Source of the DNA: an uncultured Candidatus Saccharibacteria bacterium
GTDB taxonomy: Bacteria; Patescibacteriota; Minisyncoccia; UBA6257; UBA11618
Assembly (NCBI GenBank): GCA_964359365.1
Contig: CAYHSQ010000001.1
Span: 1 to 27,055, forward strand
Direction of reading: 5' to 3'
DNA: 27,055 nucleotides
Made by a program: the position numbers and the translations under genes. Positions within the stretch are counted from its first letter, which is position 1; each line of letters begins with the position of its first letter. This document shows, piece by piece, positions 24,572 to 27,055 of the stretch. A model generated the notes under the pieces. That model was not told the DNA's origin and ran no database searches. It worked only from the letters and a program-made list of their open reading frames with translations.

Positions 24572-25111
24572 ATGGCGCGCCATGTTCAGGTAGATAAAAC
24601 TTTTAGGCCTTTAAGTTGGACTGAGCAATTAATTGTGAGTTTTGATTTGGCGGCATTTTTAGCTTATGTGAAAAATCATAAAGGGAACTTAGGTGATAAT
24701 TTAGCTCATCTTAATTTGAGTCTTGGGAGTTTGCGGCTCTTAATGGCTAGGGGTTATTTGAAGCTTGTGAGGCATAGAAAGTCACCTATTCACACTGGTC
24801 GTGTTACGCCCGAAGGGGAATCATTCATTATTTCGATAAGAAAAGAAGCGGAGAGAGTTTGGCCGCTTTTACAGATAAGTAAGTTGCAGATTCCTGACTT
24901 AGGTTTAACGAATATTGACTCTGAGGAAGAGAAGAGATTGTTGAAAGATTTAAAATCTACGATTTCTTTTTTTGTGTTGCATGATAAAAATTTAGTCGAG
25001 GCAGTTTATGGTTTAAAAAATAAAAAAGGAAGTGGTCAGTCTAAAAGAAAATCGCTTACGAGGGAAGAGTGGTTAATGAAGCATGGTACTAAAAGAGCTG
25101 TTATTCGATGA
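24572..25111 (+). CDS. Hypothetical protein with a winged-helix-like motif
   Basis: ATG 24572 with GGAG 7 nt upstream; LMARGYLKLVR...RVTPEGESFI resembles the MarR-type recognition helix and wing. Confidence 0.65.
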   Translation: MARHVQVDKTFRPLSWTEQLIVSFDLAAFLAYVKNHKGNLGDNLAHLNLSLGSLRLLMARGYLKLVRHRKSPIHTGRVTPEGESFIISIRKEAERVWPLLQISKLQIPDLGLTNIDSEEEKRLLKDLKSTISFFVLHDKNLVEAVYGLKNKKGSGQSKRKSLTREEWLMKHGTKRAVIR

Positions 25112-25125
25112 GTTAATTATTTTTT

Positions 25126-25148
25126 AAAACGGGCAAGTCCCGTTTTTT
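25126..25148 (+). terminator. Intrinsic terminator
   Basis: AAAACGGG-caagt-CCCGTTTTTT. Confidence 0.75.
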
Positions 25149-25224
25149 GCTTAAATTTTTGCTTTCTTTATATTAGGTGTAATAGAATCTATGGAATAGA
25201 AGTTATTAATTAAATAAAAAATAT

Positions 25225-25908
25225 ATGAAAAAAATAATATTAGCGATTGTAATTTTAGTAGTTTTAATTTTTGGGGCTTATGAATACTTAACTAGGCCGG
25301 CATTGTTACCGAGTAAAGATATAAACGAGGTCGTGCCTAAGCCTGATTTAAATAAGGGAGGTGAGACCTCGGCTGCCTCTCCTAAGATTTATAAGATCGA
25401 TCAAAGTAAATCTAAGGCTGAGTTTGGGATTAATGAGGTGCTAAGAGGTAGTCAATTTGTAGCTAGAGGAACAACGAATCAAATGGGTGGGGATATTTTG
25501 ATATCTAATGGCCAACTTAATTTTTCAGAAATTAAGATTAATGCTCGAACTTTTAAAACAGATGATGCTAAGAGGGACGGGGCGATTAATAGGATGATTT
25601 TAAAGACCGATAGTCCCGAAAATGAGTTTATTACTTTTGTGCCAGATATGATGAGTGGAGTGGGGTATAAAATTACTGGGAGTGAATTTGATTTAGATGT
25701 TAAGGGGTCTTTGACTATATCTAGTATGACTCAAGCGGTGGTAGTTCCGTTGCATATCATAATTGGTGATGACAGCGTGATTGGTTCAACTCAATTTAGA
25801 ATCAAGAGATCCGATTTTAATTTAAAGATTCCTAGCCTTTCTTTTATAGCGAGCGTGGATGATGAGTTTCCTGTGTATGTGGATTTTGTGGCTAATTTAG
25901 TTAAATAG
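25225..25908 (+). CDS. YceI-family lipid/polyisoprenoid-binding protein, membrane-anchored
   Basis: N-terminal TM helix; YKIDQSKSKAEF, TFKTDDAKRD, GSLTI and IKRSDFNL. Confidence 0.85.
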   Translation: MKKIILAIVILVVLIFGAYEYLTRPALLPSKDINEVVPKPDLNKGGETSAASPKIYKIDQSKSKAEFGINEVLRGSQFVARGTTNQMGGDILISNGQLNFSEIKINARTFKTDDAKRDGAINRMILKTDSPENEFITFVPDMMSGVGYKITGSEFDLDVKGSLTISSMTQAVVVPLHIIIGDDSVIGSTQFRIKRSDFNLKIPSLSFIASVDDEFPVYVDFVANLVK

Positions 25909-26000
25909 TTTCTTGGTTTGCTTTAGAGTGGTGTTATAATAAGTTTGGTTTGCGATTATTTTGGGTTGTGTGAGATAATAAGAGCAATAGATAATGTAAT

Positions 26001-26068
26001 AGATTGCCACGGGAGTTTTATAATTAGTTTTAGTAAGTAAAATTAAATAAAACTAACCTCGCAATGAC
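26001..26068. repeat. RPE-like element AGATTGCCACG...CCTCGCAATGAC with AT-rich internal hairpin
   Basis: GC-rich ends at 26001-26012 and 26057-26068 bracket AGTTTTATAATT / AATTAAATAAAACT; resemblance recognised by pattern only. Confidence 0.6.
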
Positions 26069-26074
26069 AATTGG

Positions 26075-27055
26075 ATGAAAAAAACGATCAAGATTCAAAT
26101 TCATAAAAACGACGAGTTGCCGGTAATTGCTGAAAGTGTTTTTGCGGCGGATGGAAGTGAGGTGATTTTAGTGGTGCCGAGAAATTCAAAATTGGCTGAA
26201 TCTAAAGATAATTTTTCTTTTTTAAAGAAGGGCTTAAATGGTAAAAAACATTTAGTGATTGAGTCGGTGGATGATGAGGTGTTGCAGATGGCTAAGCAGG
26301 CGGGGATTGATGCGGATAATCCTTTTTTTGTAAGAATGGGGGCGGAGCATGCTTCGAGGGAGGCGATTGAGGCTGAGACTGCGGATGTGCCAGTGAAAGA
26401 CTACTCACATATTCACGATAATGAGATTTCTTTGGACGGAGATGATGTGGATAATAGTGGCGAAGATCAGGATGATGATTTGGGCTCTGATCTTCCTCGT
26501 AGTGATGCGGACGATGATTCGGGTATTGAAGATGACTCAAGTGAGAATCGGGATGAGAGAAGGGGTTTGTCTTATGATGATTTAGATGATCGACCGAAGA
26601 AGAAGGGGGCTTCTCGGTTAGTGAAAGTGGGAGCTGGGGTGCTTGTAGCTGCTTTTGCTTTTGTGGCTTTATATATTTTACCGGAAGCGAATATTGAAAT
26701 TAAAACTAAGAAGTTGAGTTTTAATTACGATGATAAGGTGACGGTGGATAAAAACTTAGAAATTTTAAACTTGAAGACGATGAGTATTCCGGGTGAAATT
26801 TTATCTTACAAGCGAAATGCGGAGCTGGCTTTTCCAGCTTCTGATAAAAAGACGATTGCTACTAAGGCACGAGGAAAAATTATTGTTTATAATGCCTATA
26901 GTTCGTCGCCGCAATTACTTGTGGCTGGCACGAGATTTCAATCGAGTGACGGAAAGATTTTTAGGTTAGTTGATAATATTACCGTGCCGGGAGCGAAGAT
27001 TGTAGACGGAAAAGTTTTGGCTTCTAGTATTGAGGCGAAGATTGTCGCTGATAAG
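26075..27055 (+). CDS. Membrane-anchored baseplate J/gp47-like protein, partial (runs off the right edge)
   Basis: Absent from the ORF track. Manual translation gives 327 stop-free codons: an N-terminal alpha/beta domain, an acidic linker, a TM helix, then KARGKIIVYNAY...LVAGTRFQSSDGKIFRL...VPGA. Confidence 0.75.
   Translation, partial: MKKTIKIQIHKNDELPVIAESVFAADGSEVILVVPRNSKLAESKDNFSFLKKGLNGKKHLVIESVDDEVLQMAKQAGIDADNPFFVRMGAEHASREAIEAETADVPVKDYSHIHDNEISLDGDDVDNSGEDQDDDLGSDLPRSDADDDSGIEDDSSENRDERRGLSYDDLDDRPKKKGASRLVKVGAGVLVAAFAFVALYILPEANIEIKTKKLSFNYDDKVTVDKNLEILNLKTMSIPGEILSYKRNAELAFPASDKKTIATKARGKIIVYNAYSSSPQLLVAGTRFQSSDGKIFRLVDNITVPGAKIVDGKVLASSIEAKIVADK

Noticed and set aside
20048-26454. 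Replication origin inferred from DnaA boxes (20048 and 26446)
   Set aside because: Only two isolated boxes, one inside a CDS; no cluster, no dnaA and no skew inversion.
1-27055. Stop-codon recoding (code 25), prophage, DGR or IS element
   Set aside because: TGA ends genes at 9523, 15096 and 25111, and Trp uses TGG; no integrase, terminase, reverse transcriptase or transposase motifs seen.

Overview
The window is a strongly G/T-skewed bacterial fragment in standard code 11 (TGA is a stop, Trp is TGG). Its gene content (short AlaRS, DUF5667-like protein, S-layer-like protein with a peptidoglycan-binding domain, membrane-anchored baseplate-J-like protein) suggests Patescibacteria/CPR, probably Parcubacteria; this is an inference. 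From left to right it holds: a partial secreted HExxH zincin missing from the ORF track; a DEDDy exonuclease; a CPBP protease; a Pif1-like helicase; two tandemly duplicated secreted Gly/Tyr/His-rich small proteins; a copper cluster (CsoR, CopA, HMA-DsbD_2, CupA-like cupredoxin); a cysteine desulfurase; a ClpB-type chaperone carrying an IGF loop; a C45 Ntn-hydrolase; a membrane protein; a 1188-aa S-layer-like protein behind a ~240-nt structured leader with an internal terminator; a PG-binding protein; a degenerate PhyH-like protein; a DUF5667-like protein; alaS; a wHTH-like protein; YceI; and a partial baseplate-J-like protein. I saw no tRNA, rRNA, CRISPR array, integrase or transposase. The best leads are the duplicated Gly/His/Tyr-rich secreted pair next to the copper operon, the riboswitch-like leader of the S-layer gene, the zincin with a possible membrane-inserting region, the ClpB/IGF hybrid, and several dispersed heptamer and palindromic repeats. 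All calls come from motif reading by eye; no searches were run.
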